Assembly (NCBI GenBank): GCA_039096225.1
Contig: JBBPEB010000013.1
Span: 1,364,001 to 1,428,000 of the forward strand
Source of the DNA: Blastocystis sp. Blastoise
Taxonomy: Eukaryota; Protista; Bigyra: Opalinata
Direction of reading: 5' to 3'
Length of the DNA: 64,000 nt
Part shown: positions 62,735 through 64,000 of the stretch, in pieces
How the letters are laid out: each line of letters begins with the position of its first letter
How positions within the stretch are numbered: position 1 is the stretch's first letter
Notes under the pieces: model-generated
Told to the model about the DNA's origin: nothing
Seen by the model: the letters and a program-made list of their open reading frames with translations, nothing else
Database searches by the model: none
Position numbers and translations under genes: made by a program

Positions 62735-64000
62735 ATGGCATCAAATAATAAGATTCCCGTATTCAAAGCAGGTATTGTCTCTTATTTTATTATAATAATG
62801 TTTCTTTAGGTGATGAATGTATTGCTAAACTTGGTGATAAATGGTACCCAGCTAAAGTTCTTGCTGTGAACTTGGTCAAGACTGATCCAACTCAAAATAA
62901 ATATTATATTCATTATCCTCATGTAAATCACATTGAGATTATGTTATTCTATGCATTTATGTCATTATAGGTTAATAGAAGAATGGATACTTGGCTTGGT
63001 GTCAAAGAAGTTGCTCCAAAAGAGCATGAAAAAGTTCCAGTATATTACTATTTTAAATTGTAGATAATGGAGTAACAATATATTTATTTCTAGATTCCTG
63101 ATAAGTCAAAACTAGTGGATCACATTGTATTTTTGAGTTAAGTTTTTTGTAATTATTTATAGGAGAAATTTGAAATTCAAGGATTGAAAATCCAAATATC
63201 GGATTCTGTATATATTTCTATGATTGTTTAAATATATATATAAATATATATATACATATATATATATATAAAATCTATCTTTTGATTGTTTAGAATGTGA
63301 TTAATTTTATTGAGCCTGAACATACAACAAATGAAGGAATGGATGAAGCCTCTATTCGAGAACATGAAGAAGTCACGAAAGTTAAAGTATATATATATAT
63401 ATATGTATTATTTTATATTCATTATCTGTCTATGTATCATGTAGTATAATAGTAATTCTATTTGTATAATGAATCATGTATATACTATATAGAATATTCA
63501 AAGTATTCAAATAGGTAAATATCATGTAGAAACATGGTATTTCAGTCCATTCCCTAAGGAGTGTTGGAGTTCAGGCATTCAAGAATGTGTATGATGATAT
63601 ATATTATATTTATTCTATTTATTCTATTTATTCTATTTATTCTATTTATTCTATTTATTCTATTTATTATTATTATTTATTCTATTTATTATTATTATTT
63701 ATTCTATTTATTATTATTATTTATCATCCGATATATCTATATATTTCTTTTAATTTATATTTATTTTAACATTTTAAAAATTTTATAGATTTATCTAATA
63801 TTATTTTATATAACTTTTTTTAATATTATATATAGTTATATATATGTGAGTACTGTTTATCTTTCTTTACTACAGAACATCAACTAGAACGTCACTCCAT
63901 GAAATGTAAAGCTATGGTATATATGTTTATTTATTTCTACTTTTTTATTCATTCCATATATATCTTCTTTTTATTACTATTTTAGTAAATATATATATAA
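62735..64000 (+). CDS. MYST-family histone acetyltransferase (MOF/Esa1/Tip60-type) with chromo-barrel domain; partial, continues past the window
   Basis: WYPAKVL..YYIHYPHVNRRMDTW, REHEEVTKVKNIQSIQIGKYHVETWYFSPFPKE, LYICEYCL..RH..KC. Confidence 0.93.

Overview
Very AT-rich, intron-dense eukaryotic nuclear DNA, not prokaryotic. The provided ORFs are mostly single exons or microsatellite artefacts, so I rebuilt spliced gene models by hand. The window holds about 22 protein-coding genes: TIM50, an ankyrin protein, SLC35F, RPA34, RNASEK-like, ZNF706-like, GMP synthase, RPLP1, SYF1, a damaged exportin-T, NVL/Rix7, an EF/PH/ankyrin protein, an acylated GNAT protein, Dyp peroxidase, FucU, a cyclin, SMC4, a BED-finger/oxidoreductase fusion, dUTPase, PRP43, a MYND-ADD protein and a MYST HAT. 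It also holds one tRNA-Ile(AAT). Short 35-45 nt introns, AT-AC minor introns, TGTTTGTT 3' motifs and bacterial-type FucU/Dyp/Gfo genes suggest a Blastocystis-like stramenopile gut protist (inference only). Main highlights: (1) an in-frame fusion of a BED zinc finger to a bacterial-type Gfo/Idh/MocA oxidoreductase, a candidate one-component metabolite-sensing regulator; (2) at least 5 U12-type introns, one inside that bacterial-type domain, plus five introns that appear to need GT-AA, TT-AG or AT-AG ends; (3) diverged ~200 bp inverted repeats flanking an ~8 kb segment with a decaying exportin-T gene (Pack-element-like); (4) apparent enrichment of CCCGC(G)/(C)GCGGG in exons; (5) MYND-ADD and myristoylated cupin-GNAT architectures. 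All counts and exon junctions are manual and need RNA-seq or read-level confirmation.
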